A stretch of 48,129 nucleotides of DNA from Hyphomicrobiaceae bacterium (GTDB taxonomy: Bacteria; Pseudomonadota; Alphaproteobacteria; Rhizobiales; Hyphomicrobiaceae): NCBI GenBank assembly GCA_031365375.1, contig JANLXZ010000253.1:1-48129 (forward strand). The letters run 5' to 3'. Below, in pieces: positions 1 to 8,388 of the stretch (its first letter is position 1; each line of letters begins with the position of its first letter). A program made the translations under genes and the position numbers. Under the pieces are notes generated by a model that was not told where the DNA came from, searched no databases, and saw only the letters and a list, made by a program, of their open reading frames with translations.

Positions 1-68
1 CCGATGACCGCGATGAACCCGCATCGCGTGTCAGTAAATGGTTGTACCGGCTCGGGCTTGTTACTCAT
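1..68 (-). CDS. era: GTPase Era, N-terminal fragment (truncated by window edge)
   Basis: The reverse complement of 1..68 reads MSNKPEPVQPFTDTRCGFIAVIG, which is the typical Era N-terminus just before the G1 P-loop. The ATG at 68..66 overlaps the rnc stop. lepB-rnc-era is a conserved operon order. Confidence 0.7.
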   Translation of the reverse strand, partial: MSNKPEPVQPFTDTRCGFIAVI

Positions 69-774
69 TAGGTGGTTCCGCCCATACGTTCTGCCGCAAT
101 AGAAACGCGGTTGCAGCCGCCTGCTCGGCGATCCGTTTAGAACGGCCATCGCCTTGCGCTGGCTTGAAGCCTGAGATTTTCACCTCTGCCACGAACCTTG
201 GCGCATGATCGGGTCCCTTGCGAGCATATTCGATATACTCAGGTAACGGCAGCCCTTGACCCTGGGCCCACTCCTGCAGAGCCGACTTCGGATCGGCTGA
301 AACATCGGGTAGCGCTTTTAACAAAGGTCCCCAAAGGCGACGAACCATAGCGCGAGCCACATCGAACCCGGCTTCCGTGAAAACAGCACCGAGTACCGCT
401 TCCATGGCATCCGCCAGGATCGTCTCCTTGGTTCGCCCGCCGTGCACGGACTCGCTGTCGCTGAGGATCAATTGCGGCCCCAAACCAACCTGGTTGGCGA
501 CCAGCGCGCACGTTCCCCCGCGCACCAATCGATTGAAGCGACGCGCGAGATCCCCCTCGGAAGAGTCGGGGAAGGCCTCACTGACAAGCTCGGCGATGGC
601 AAGCCCCAGCACGCGATCGCCGAGAAACTCCAGCCGCTCGTTATCTGACCGCGGTTGCACCGCGGATCGCGCACTCGAATGCGTCAAGGCAAGTGTAAGA
701 AGGCTCCGGTCTTTGAAGCCATAGCCGATGGATTTCTCGAGGTCAGTGAGTTTGCCCGGTCGCACCAGCGCCAT
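61..774 (-). CDS. rnc: Ribonuclease III
   Basis: Has the RNase III signature ALTHSS...NERLEFLGDRVLGL and a C-terminal dsRNA-binding region (KSALQEWAQGQGLPLPEY...GPDHAPRF). I trimmed the start to the ATG at 774 (MALVRPGKL...), 4 nt after the lepB stop. The full 61..930 ORF would overlap lepB by about 150 nt. Confidence 0.9.
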   Translation of the reverse strand: MALVRPGKLTDLEKSIGYGFKDRSLLTLALTHSSARSAVQPRSDNERLEFLGDRVLGLAIAELVSEAFPDSSEGDLARRFNRLVRGGTCALVANQVGLGPQLILSDSESVHGGRTKETILADAMEAVLGAVFTEAGFDVARAMVRRLWGPLLKALPDVSADPKSALQEWAQGQGLPLPEYIEYARKGPDHAPRFVAEVKISGFKPAQGDGRSKRIAEQAAATAFLLRQNVWAEPPNE

Positions 775-778
775 CACA

Positions 779-1582
779 TTAGCGAACAAGGGAGAAAAAT
801 CTCGACCAGCGAACATCGGATGGCCAAGTCCACGGTGCCAAAATTCGGAACGCCTGCGGTTCGTCGAAGGCACCCGAGAAGAAGATGATTTCGGCACGCC
901 CGACGAGATTTTCAAACGGTACGAAGCCAACGCCCCGAGGCAGGCCGAAGCGGCTATCTGAGGAATTATCGCGATTGTCGCCCATCATGAAGTAGTGCCC
1001 CAGTGGCACCTTGAACACGGTAGTGTCGTCGGCGGGACCGTTTTCTTCCGCATCGAGCACTCGGTACTTGACGCCTTCTGGTAATGTCTCTTCATAAACG
1101 GGTATTCCGCCTTGACGACGACCATCCTCGTAGGTGCTGAACGAGCCGATCCGACGCTTCGGCACTGCTTTACCGTTGATGTACAGAACGCCCTTCTGCA
1201 TCTGGATTTCGTCGCCGGGCATGCCGACCAAGCGCTTGATGTAATCCGTCGAATTGTCTTTCGGCCATTTGAAGACGACGACGTCTCCGCGCTTTGGCTG
1301 GCTCGCAAAAACGCGCCCGTCGAACATCTTGTTGGCGAGGATAGAGCCTCCGAAGGGGAACGAATGGCGGCTATATCCATAAGAAAGTTTTGATACAAAA
1401 AGGTAGTCGCCGACCAGCAGTGTCTCCTTCATCGAACCGGATGGGATGTTGAACGGTTGATACAAAAAGATCCTGACTAAAATCGCGAGTGCAAGCGCCT
1501 GGATGACGATCTTGGCGGTTTCGCGCCAGCCGCTGTCGTGCTGATCATGTGACTGCATATCGGTCTCAGACTTGAGGCTCAT
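779..1582 (-). CDS. lepB: Signal peptidase I
   Basis: N-terminal TM helix, catalytic Ser box IPSGSMKETLLVGDYLFVSK, Lys box YIKRLVGMPGDEI, and box E GDNRDNSSDSR. Confidence 0.92.
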   Translation of the reverse strand: MSLKSETDMQSHDQHDSGWRETAKIVIQALALAILVRIFLYQPFNIPSGSMKETLLVGDYLFVSKLSYGYSRHSFPFGGSILANKMFDGRVFASQPKRGDVVVFKWPKDNSTDYIKRLVGMPGDEIQMQKGVLYINGKAVPKRRIGSFSTYEDGRRQGGIPVYEETLPEGVKYRVLDAEENGPADDTTVFKVPLGHYFMMGDNRDNSSDSRFGLPRGVGFVPFENLVGRAEIIFFSGAFDEPQAFRILAPWTWPSDVRWSRFFSLVR

Positions 1583-1722
1583 CTATGAAAGCTCCCCGCG
1601 CGCCCCGCCGAAGTGCGCCGCAATGGTTTCCCGCGTATAGACCTTAAACGGTCGCTGCGCAAAGGCGGATTGATGGTTACTTAGCGATGTGACGCTATCG
1701 CCTGATCGTGCTGGATCAAGCG

Positions 1723-2412
1723 TCAATCGATGTACTTTACCTGGTCCGATTTAAGTAAGGCGGCCATATTAGCCAAACACGTCAGTCCACCGGCAATTTT
1801 CGCCTGAACTTCGGTCTCGGCCGCACGGATTGCGTCGAGCCGGCTTAAAACTTGATCGAGGGTGGCAGCTGGAATGACGACCACCCCATCGCGATCGCCG
1901 ACGATTACATCGCCCGGCGATATCGCAATACCGCCCGCCACAACCGGGAACCCAACCCGCCCCGGACCGCTGCGCACGCAAGAATTCGGGGTAATGCCAC
2001 GGGCGAAGGTCGGCATTCCGATGCCCAGCATCCCTTCGAGATCGCGCGCCATACCGTCGATCACGATACCGGTAAAACCGGCATTGCGTGCGAGCCAGCA
2101 GACATTGTCGCCAACGACGGCGGTGCCGGAAAAAGCATCCGCCGCAGCGATCAGACAATCGCCGGGGCGACCGACTGCAATCGCGGCCAGGATGGCGAGG
2201 TTGTCTGATGGACCCGTCTCGGCTGTGATTGCCAGGCCGACGAAATGCGCACGATTTGGATCTATCGGTTTGATAGCCGCATCCATGGCGCCACGCCCGT
2301 CCATGGCGTCAATGACATGACCAGTCTGTGCGCCGGCAAGTTTTTTCAACTTATCGGCCGAATGGCGTTGCCAATTTTTCTTGATGGCAAGGAGCGGTGG
2401 GTTGTCCAACAT
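1723..2412 (-). CDS. RraA-family protein (RraA / 4-hydroxy-4-methyl-2-oxoglutarate aldolase-like)
   Basis: RraA-like pattern: GDCLIAAADAFSGTAVVGDNVCWLARNAGFTGIVIDGMARD...GDVIVGDRDGVVVIP. Start set to the ATG at 2412 (MLDNPP...), which has GGAG 9 nt upstream. The longer ORF start would run into the divergent neighbour. Confidence 0.8.
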   Translation of the reverse strand: MLDNPPLLAIKKNWQRHSADKLKKLAGAQTGHVIDAMDGRGAMDAAIKPIDPNRAHFVGLAITAETGPSDNLAILAAIAVGRPGDCLIAAADAFSGTAVVGDNVCWLARNAGFTGIVIDGMARDLEGMLGIGMPTFARGITPNSCVRSGPGRVGFPVVAGGIAISPGDVIVGDRDGVVVIPAATLDQVLSRLDAIRAAETEVQAKIAGGLTCLANMAALLKSDQVKYID

Positions 2413-2499
2413 AAGTCGATCTCCGAGGGCTTCAATCAGTAATATGTTACACCAAAACACTAGCAAGACCCGCTGCCTGCAGCTTAAGTGAGAGCTGAC

Positions 2500-3423
2500 A
2501 TGCAAATCTACCTCCCCATTGCAGAAATGCCGATCAACGTCGTGATGCTCCTGGGCATGGGGCTAGCCGTTGGCGTACTATCGGGATTATTCGGCATCGG
2601 CGGCGGTTTCATCGTAACCCCCTTGCTGATATTTCTCGGCGTACCCGCACCAATTGCGGTTGGCACGGGGGCAGCGCAAGTTGCCGCTTCATCCGTGTCC
2701 GGCACAGTCACGAATTGGACCCGCCAGGCGATCGACTTCAAGATGGTCGCGATCCTGCTGGGTGGCGGTTTTGTGGGGTCGACGCTCGGCGTCTTCATGC
2801 AGCGCTGGCTCAAGGCGATTGGTCAGCTCGAGTTATTTATCTCAGCTGTGTACGTGATCTTGCTCGGCACGATCGGCGCTTTGATGCTGATCGAGAGTAT
2901 CGAAGCCATTCGGAAAAAGAAGCTCGCGAAGGCGACCGGCAGCTCCAGCCGAACCAATCATCACAATTGGATCCAGGGCTTGCCGTTCAAGACCCGTTTT
3001 CCAGCGTCGAAGCTTTACATCAGCACGCTGCCGCCCTTGGCAATCGGCGCCGCCGTCGGTTGGCTGACGGCGATCATGGGCGTCGGTGGTGGGTTTCTAC
3101 TGGTGCCCGCATTGATCTATCTACTGAGAATGCCAACCCGGATCGTGATCGGGACCAGCGTCTGCCAAATCATGTTCGTGACCGCCTACACGACAGTCAT
3201 GCAGTCCTGGCAGAACCATTCGGTCGATCTGCTGCTAGGGCTGCCACTGATGATCGGTGGCGTGATCGGTGCTCAATATGGAGTACGCCTGGGGCAAAAG
3301 ATGCAAGCTGAGCAGTTGCGCGTATTCCTGGCGCTGCTGGTACTCAGTGTCGCCCTGCGAATGATGGTCGATCTTGCCCTGCCGCCGAAGGAGATTTACT
3401 CCATCGACGCCAGGCGTAAGTAG
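2500..3423 (+). CDS. TauE/SafE (TSUP, DUF81) family anion exporter, polytopic membrane protein
   Basis: Two internally repeated halves each carry the G-rich motif (GLFGIGGGFIVTPLLIF and IMGVGGGFLLVPALIYL), with roughly 8 hydrophobic helices. ATG at 2500; the track start at 2488 is a GTG. Confidence 0.8.
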   Translation: MQIYLPIAEMPINVVMLLGMGLAVGVLSGLFGIGGGFIVTPLLIFLGVPAPIAVGTGAAQVAASSVSGTVTNWTRQAIDFKMVAILLGGGFVGSTLGVFMQRWLKAIGQLELFISAVYVILLGTIGALMLIESIEAIRKKKLAKATGSSSRTNHHNWIQGLPFKTRFPASKLYISTLPPLAIGAAVGWLTAIMGVGGGFLLVPALIYLLRMPTRIVIGTSVCQIMFVTAYTTVMQSWQNHSVDLLLGLPLMIGGVIGAQYGVRLGQKMQAEQLRVFLALLVLSVALRMMVDLALPPKEIYSIDARRK

Positions 3424-3435
3424 CGAGAAGAATGA

Positions 3436-4362
3436 TCAGGCCGCCTTATCGAATGCCAGTTTGAAGCCGTGCAGATCGGCAAGGGTCTGGATCGCCTGCT
3501 TTGCCTCGGCCTCTGGCATGGCGGTGAATGGCGGACGTAGTTCGGCCCAGCCCGGATCGCCCCGATAATGCGCGATGGTTGCCTTGAGCAACGGGATCAC
3601 CGGATAATTTTGGAATGTCTTACGCAGCGCCGAGATATCGGCCTGCATACGGTCCGCGTCCGGCCCTTGCCAGTTGTCGTAAAGCTTGCGCATCGCGGCG
3701 GCACCAATGTTTGCCGTCGCCGAAATGCAACCGACCGCACCCGCGCGGAGCCCGTCGAGCAGGAATAGCTCGGCACCCGGGAACAGTTCGAAATCGGGAA
3801 ACTGCTCCAATATGGCTTTCATGTTGTTCCAATCACCGGAACTGTCTTTCAGACCAACGACGGTCTGCGGGAATTCCTTACGCAACCGCGCGATCAACGA
3901 CAACGGAATGCCAACCTGAGCAACCGGCGGAATATGGTACAGGTAAACCTTGAGGCGATCGTCGCCGACCTCGTCGATCACATCCGCATAGAAACGAAAT
4001 AACCCTTCTTCGCTGGGGTTCTTGTAATAAAAGGGCGGCAGCATCAATACGCCACCGCAGCCAGCGTCGACGGCGTGCTGTGTCAAAATTGCGGCATCGG
4101 TGATCGAGCACGCGCCGGTGCCCGGCATCAGCTTCGAAGGATCGATGCCAGCGTCGACAAGATCCTCCAGCAGCTCCATCCGCTCATCCAGACCCAGCGA
4201 ATTAGCCTCACTGGTGGTGCCGAACGGGGCAAGTGCCGTGCAGCCATTCTCCATCAACCATTCGGCGTGATCGATGAAACGATCCGGATCAGGCGATCCG
4301 TCCTCGCCGAATGGTGTCAATACGGGCGCGATCACGCCTGAAAAATTTGGCTTCGAAGCCAT
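3436..4362 (-). CDS. Dihydrodipicolinate synthase (DapA/NAL) family class I aldolase/lyase
   Basis: GVIAPVLTPF, the GTTSE motif, the YHIP Tyr motif and the Schiff-base Lys context VVGLKDSSGD. Start trimmed to MASKPNF (CAT at 4360..4362). The longer ORF would overlap the GST gene. Confidence 0.85.
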   Translation of the reverse strand: MASKPNFSGVIAPVLTPFGEDGSPDPDRFIDHAEWLMENGCTALAPFGTTSEANSLGLDERMELLEDLVDAGIDPSKLMPGTGACSITDAAILTQHAVDAGCGGVLMLPPFYYKNPSEEGLFRFYADVIDEVGDDRLKVYLYHIPPVAQVGIPLSLIARLRKEFPQTVVGLKDSSGDWNNMKAILEQFPDFELFPGAELFLLDGLRAGAVGCISATANIGAAAMRKLYDNWQGPDADRMQADISALRKTFQNYPVIPLLKATIAHYRGDPGWAELRPPFTAMPEAEAKQAIQTLADLHGFKLAFDKAA

Positions 4363-4429
4363 GGCGTCTGTTCCTTGTTCTGAGTGTTTTGGTTGAGTTC
4401 CGGCTTGCTCGCCAAGTTCGAGCAAGCCG

Positions 4430-5059
4430 TCACGGCATCGGAATTTCTGGTTGTTTGATCGGGATGTGATAACCCTTTTGCACAGCTGGGCGCGCTGCAA
4501 TATCGCGATACCAGCGCAACACGTTGGGAAAATCCTTGAGATCGATCGTCTGCCACTCGAAGCGCGACGCCCACGGCCAAATCGATATATCCGCAATTGA
4601 GTATTCACCCGCCACGTAGGGCGCCTCGGCAAGGCGACGGTCAAGCACACCGTACAGGCGCTTGGCTTCCGAAAGATAGCGTTCCTCTGCGTATGGAGCC
4701 TTGCCTTTATTGTATTTCACAAAGTGATGAACCTGGCCGAGCATCGGCCCGAAGCCTCCCATCTGCCACATCAGCCATTCGATTGTGCGCCAATGCGCAT
4801 CACCTTCCGGTGCCCAAAATTTTCCAGTTTTCTGCGCGAGGTACATCAAAATTGCACCCGATTCGAAGACCGACTGTCCGGTGTCGTTATCGAGAATCGC
4901 AGGGATGCGATTGTTTGGGCTGATCTTTAAGAATGCGGGGCCAAATTGCTCGTTCTTATTGATGTCGATCGGATGCGCGCGGTAGGGTAGACCCGTTTCC
5001 TCGAGCATGATCGAGACTTTGCGCCCATTGGGCGTCGACCAAGTGTAGAGATCGATCAT
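4430..5059 (-). CDS. Glutathione S-transferase, YfcG/Nu-class-like
   Basis: MIDLYTWSTPNGRKVSIMLEE...NRIPAILD...VFESGAILMYLA is a thioredoxin-fold GST N-domain resembling YfcG/YghU. It is followed by a helical C-domain. GGAG lies 8 nt upstream of the ATG. Confidence 0.85.
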   Translation of the reverse strand: MIDLYTWSTPNGRKVSIMLEETGLPYRAHPIDINKNEQFGPAFLKISPNNRIPAILDNDTGQSVFESGAILMYLAQKTGKFWAPEGDAHWRTIEWLMWQMGGFGPMLGQVHHFVKYNKGKAPYAEERYLSEAKRLYGVLDRRLAEAPYVAGEYSIADISIWPWASRFEWQTIDLKDFPNVLRWYRDIAARPAVQKGYHIPIKQPEIPMP

Positions 5060-5253
5060 GGCAACACTCCTGAAGGCCTGCTCGAATGAGACGCTGGGCG
5101 TCGTTTGTGCGGATTGCGCGCTTTTTATGGATCGGTCGGCGCTGCATTGCGCTCAGAAGTTAGCCGTCGCCGCCCACAAGAGCAATGCCGTGACGCAAGC
5201 AAATCGCGCTTCTGAACTGCCAACTGGATGCCGAAAGGATTAGAACTCTTTCA

Positions 5254-5793
5254 ATGCGCACTTTGACGCTGATGCGACATGCAAAATCCGATTGGACAGC
5301 GTCAGTTCCAGGCGACGCAGCGGTCGCCGACAAGGCTCGACCGCTGTCGCGCCGCGGAAAGCGGGACGCACCGATGATGGCTGCGTGGATGACAGCTCGT
5401 GACCTCGACCCCGAGCTGATCATTTGCTCGACCGCCGTCCGAACACGCCAAACGCTTGGTTTACTGCAAAAAACCGTTGACCCGGAAAGACAGATTATCC
5501 AACTGCGAGACGATTTGTATTTGGCCGATGCCGACGATCTTGTCGAAATCATCCGCTCCGTTTCACGCAAAGTTCGCCACGTGATGGTACTCGGACACGA
5601 CCCTGGTCTGCACGACACGGCGCTTTTATTGATCGGCGCGGGTGAAGCTCAACTCCGGCACGCGCTCACTTTGAAATTTCCGACGGCCGGCGTAGCCGTG
5701 ATCGACTTCGATCTCGATCGATGGAGCAACCTCAGTCCAGGCACCGGAACTCTGCGGCATTTTATGGCGCCGAAACGGCTGCCGCAGGATTAG
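5254..5793 (+). CDS. SixA-like histidine phosphatase superfamily (branch 1) protein
   Basis: The N-terminal catalytic motif LMRHAKSDW (RHG-type), LSRRGKRDA, and a distal His in VLGHDPGL. The size (179 aa) is typical of SixA-like proteins. Confidence 0.75.
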   Translation: MRTLTLMRHAKSDWTASVPGDAAVADKARPLSRRGKRDAPMMAAWMTARDLDPELIICSTAVRTRQTLGLLQKTVDPERQIIQLRDDLYLADADDLVEIIRSVSRKVRHVMVLGHDPGLHDTALLLIGAGEAQLRHALTLKFPTAGVAVIDFDLDRWSNLSPGTGTLRHFMAPKRLPQD

Positions 5794-5826
5794 TGTATCC
5801 GATCGCCTTCTTGACAGTGGCAACTC

Positions 5827-7059
5827 ATGTCTCAATTCTCGGAAGATGGAACTGGATACAAGACCTACCGGCACGGCACCCATCGAGCCGTGGCGCCCGA
5901 GCAAACGATCGCTCGCGTGCGGCCGCTGATGGGCGCCTTCGGGATTACCCGCATCGCCAACCTGACGGGTCTTGATCGCACGGGCATTCCTGTTGTCATG
6001 GTGTGTCGGCCGAATGCTCGATCGAGTGCGGTATTCCATGGCAAAGGCATCGATATTGCGGCAGCTCAGGCCTCGGGCATCATGGAAGCGATCGAGACGT
6101 GGCATGCCGAACACGTCTCGCTGCCGCTTCGCTTCGGCAGCACCGCCGACCTTACCGTCTCACTCGGCCTCGCCGACATCGACCGGCTGCCGCGCCTTCC
6201 AGAGAGCCGATTTGATGGCAATCTGCCGATGCTCTGGTTCGAGGGCCGTGACCTCATCGGGGGGCAGCCGAGGTGGGTGCCGTTCGAGACGGTGCACGCC
6301 AACTCGGCGATCCCCGGCCCGCCGGCGAGCGGCGGCTTTTCGGCGAGTACCAACGGGCTGGCTTCTGGCAACCAATACCTCGAAGCCGTAAGCCACGCGC
6401 TGTGCGAGGTGATCGAACGCGACGCGACCAGCCTGTGGCATCGTATGCACCCAGCGCTCCAGGACAGAGCCCGCCTCGATCTTGCGACAGTGGACGACGC
6501 GAGCTGCCGCAACGTACTCGAACGGCTCGGGGCTGCCGAGATTGACGTTGCCATTTGGGACACGACCAGCGACGTCGGAGTGCCGGCGTTCCAATGTCTG
6601 TTACTGGATCGCACCGGTCAGAACGACCACATTGGGTCCGGCGCCGGCTGTCATCCAACGCGCGCGGTCGCGTTGTTACGTGCACTTACCGAGGGCGCGC
6701 AAGTCCGCACAACGTACGTCGCCGGCTCGCGCGAAGACATCCTGCACACCGACTATCTGCCAGCGACGCTCGACGAGCGTAGCCGACGCACCCGTGCCCT
6801 AATGCAACCGGTTGCCAGCATGCGAGATTTTGGTACGGCCGGCCAATTCGAGTTCGAAACCTTTGACAGCGAGGTGGCCTGGCTGCTGAGGGGTTTGGCG
6901 AATGTCGGTATCGAGCAGGCCATTGCAGTCGATTTGTCGCGGCCCGAATTTGGCATCCCCGTGGTCCGGGTCGTGGTCCCCGGGCTAGAAGGCTCCGACC
7001 ATCACGCTGGCTACACGCCTGGCGCAAGGGCGCGCGCAATCGCGGAGCGGCGGCCATGA
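5827..7059 (+). CDS. YcaO-family ATP-dependent amide-activating enzyme (TfuA-associated type)
   Basis: YRHGTHRAVAPEQT...GITRIANLTGLDRTGIPVVMVCRPN, an acidic nucleotide/Mg motif ALCEVIERDA, and a length of about 400 aa. Its stop overlaps the start of the TfuA-like gene (ATGA at 7056..7059). Confidence 0.88.
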   Translation: MSQFSEDGTGYKTYRHGTHRAVAPEQTIARVRPLMGAFGITRIANLTGLDRTGIPVVMVCRPNARSSAVFHGKGIDIAAAQASGIMEAIETWHAEHVSLPLRFGSTADLTVSLGLADIDRLPRLPESRFDGNLPMLWFEGRDLIGGQPRWVPFETVHANSAIPGPPASGGFSASTNGLASGNQYLEAVSHALCEVIERDATSLWHRMHPALQDRARLDLATVDDASCRNVLERLGAAEIDVAIWDTTSDVGVPAFQCLLLDRTGQNDHIGSGAGCHPTRAVALLRALTEGAQVRTTYVAGSREDILHTDYLPATLDERSRRTRALMQPVASMRDFGTAGQFEFETFDSEVAWLLRGLANVGIEQAIAVDLSRPEFGIPVVRVVVPGLEGSDHHAGYTPGARARAIAERRP

Positions 7060-8366
7060 GCGCTTGCATATTTGTCGGACCAACCCTGCGGCACCAGGAT
7101 GTAGCAGCAGTCCTCGAGGATGCAGTATGCCTGCCACCTGCTGCCCAAGGCGATGTGTACAGGGCTGCACGGTGTCACAGGCCGCGCGCGATTGGCATTG
7201 TCGACGGCTATTTCTGCGGCGCGCCCTCTGTCTGGCACAAGGAGATCCTTTGGGCGTTGTCGCAGGGCGTCCACGTGTTCGGCGGCGCTAGTATGGGGGC
7301 GCTGCGGGCAGCCGAGTTGCATACGTTAGGTATGCGGGGCGTCGGGTGGATCTTCGAAGCCTTCCGCGATAGCGATCTAGAGGACGATGATGAAGTCGCC
7401 GTCGTGCACGGCCCGGCCGAGATGGGCTTCCTTGCTGCATCCGAGCCGATGGTCAACATTCGCTCGACACTGGAACGGGCGCAGGCGGCCGGCGTGCTGA
7501 GCGCGGCATCCCGCTTTTCGCTCGAAGCATTCGGGAAGTCCTTGTTCTACCCACACCGGTGCTGGCCCACAATTCTTGACAGCGCACCTGTGTGTGGAAT
7601 TTCCGAGAGCGAGATCGCGGCATTGCGCGACTGGCTCCCGCATCAGCGAATCGACCAAAAACGCGAAGACGGCCTCGCAATGTTGTGTGCGATGAGGGAA
7701 ACACTGAGCCGACCCGAATCCTTTCAGCCGGCGTTCCGGTTCGAGCGGACCTATCATTTCGAAGACATGGTGGCTAGACAGGATGCTCAAATTGCCGCCG
7801 ACGGTGGCCATCACTCGCTGACGGAAAAACTTGTCCTCGACGAGCTTCGGCTCGAAGGCCCAAACGTTTATGGGCCGATAAGGGAACGAGCAACAATGCG
7901 CCTGCTAGCGACGAGGCAAAACCGGCGCGCGCCGGTTTCAGTATCGAACGAGATGTTTCGCACGCAGTTGGCCAAGACGCGCGAGGCTCTCGGTCTCTTT
8001 ACGCGAACCGAACTCGACACGCGGCTCGTCAGTGACGACCTCGACGAGCGATCGCTGCTGAATCTGGTCGAAGATGAAGCTCGATCAAATGCGGTTGTCG
8101 CGCACGCCCGCCCGTTGCTTAACCAATGCTTGCTTGACGAGTTACGCCTGGCGGACAGTTATTCGCGCTTTGCCGAGAGAACCCACCTAAAACGGAAAAC
8201 CCTCGTTGTCCGCTCGATATGGCTGCGGCAGATGCGAAGTCCGCACTCAACGTTGGGACTTCAATTTGAAGGCTGCATTAAAGATGGGTTTACGATCCGG
8301 ACGAGGATCCAGTCGCGACTTTCTCAACAAAAAAAGGCGGCAGCGCTGGAAGTTCTGGTAAACTGA
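7056..8366 (+). CDS. tfuA: TfuA-like protein with a long C-terminal extension
   Basis: The N-terminal region reads IFVGPTL...PPAAQGDVYRA...AIGIVDGYF...SVWHKEILWALSQGVHVFGGASMGALRAAEL...DDDEVAVVHGP, as in TfuA domain proteins. It is translationally coupled to the YcaO gene. I cannot assign the C-terminal ~240 aa. Confidence 0.85.
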   Translation: MSACIFVGPTLRHQDVAAVLEDAVCLPPAAQGDVYRAARCHRPRAIGIVDGYFCGAPSVWHKEILWALSQGVHVFGGASMGALRAAELHTLGMRGVGWIFEAFRDSDLEDDDEVAVVHGPAEMGFLAASEPMVNIRSTLERAQAAGVLSAASRFSLEAFGKSLFYPHRCWPTILDSAPVCGISESEIAALRDWLPHQRIDQKREDGLAMLCAMRETLSRPESFQPAFRFERTYHFEDMVARQDAQIAADGGHHSLTEKLVLDELRLEGPNVYGPIRERATMRLLATRQNRRAPVSVSNEMFRTQLAKTREALGLFTRTELDTRLVSDDLDERSLLNLVEDEARSNAVVAHARPLLNQCLLDELRLADSYSRFAERTHLKRKTLVVRSIWLRQMRSPHSTLGLQFEGCIKDGFTIRTRIQSRLSQQKKAAALEVLVN

Positions 8367-8388
8367 CAACGGTCAAAGTTGGCATAAG

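Noticed and set aside
61-930. N-terminal extensions in the ORF track for rnc, the RraA-like gene (to 2505), the DapA-like gene (to 4650), nuoE (to 39486), the SGNH hydrolase (from 44549) and ccmH (to 27397).
   Set aside because: The extended parts overlap the neighbouring gene and look non-protein-like. Internal ATG/GTG codons with better spacing or Shine-Dalgarno sequences give family-typical N-termini, so I trimmed the starts.
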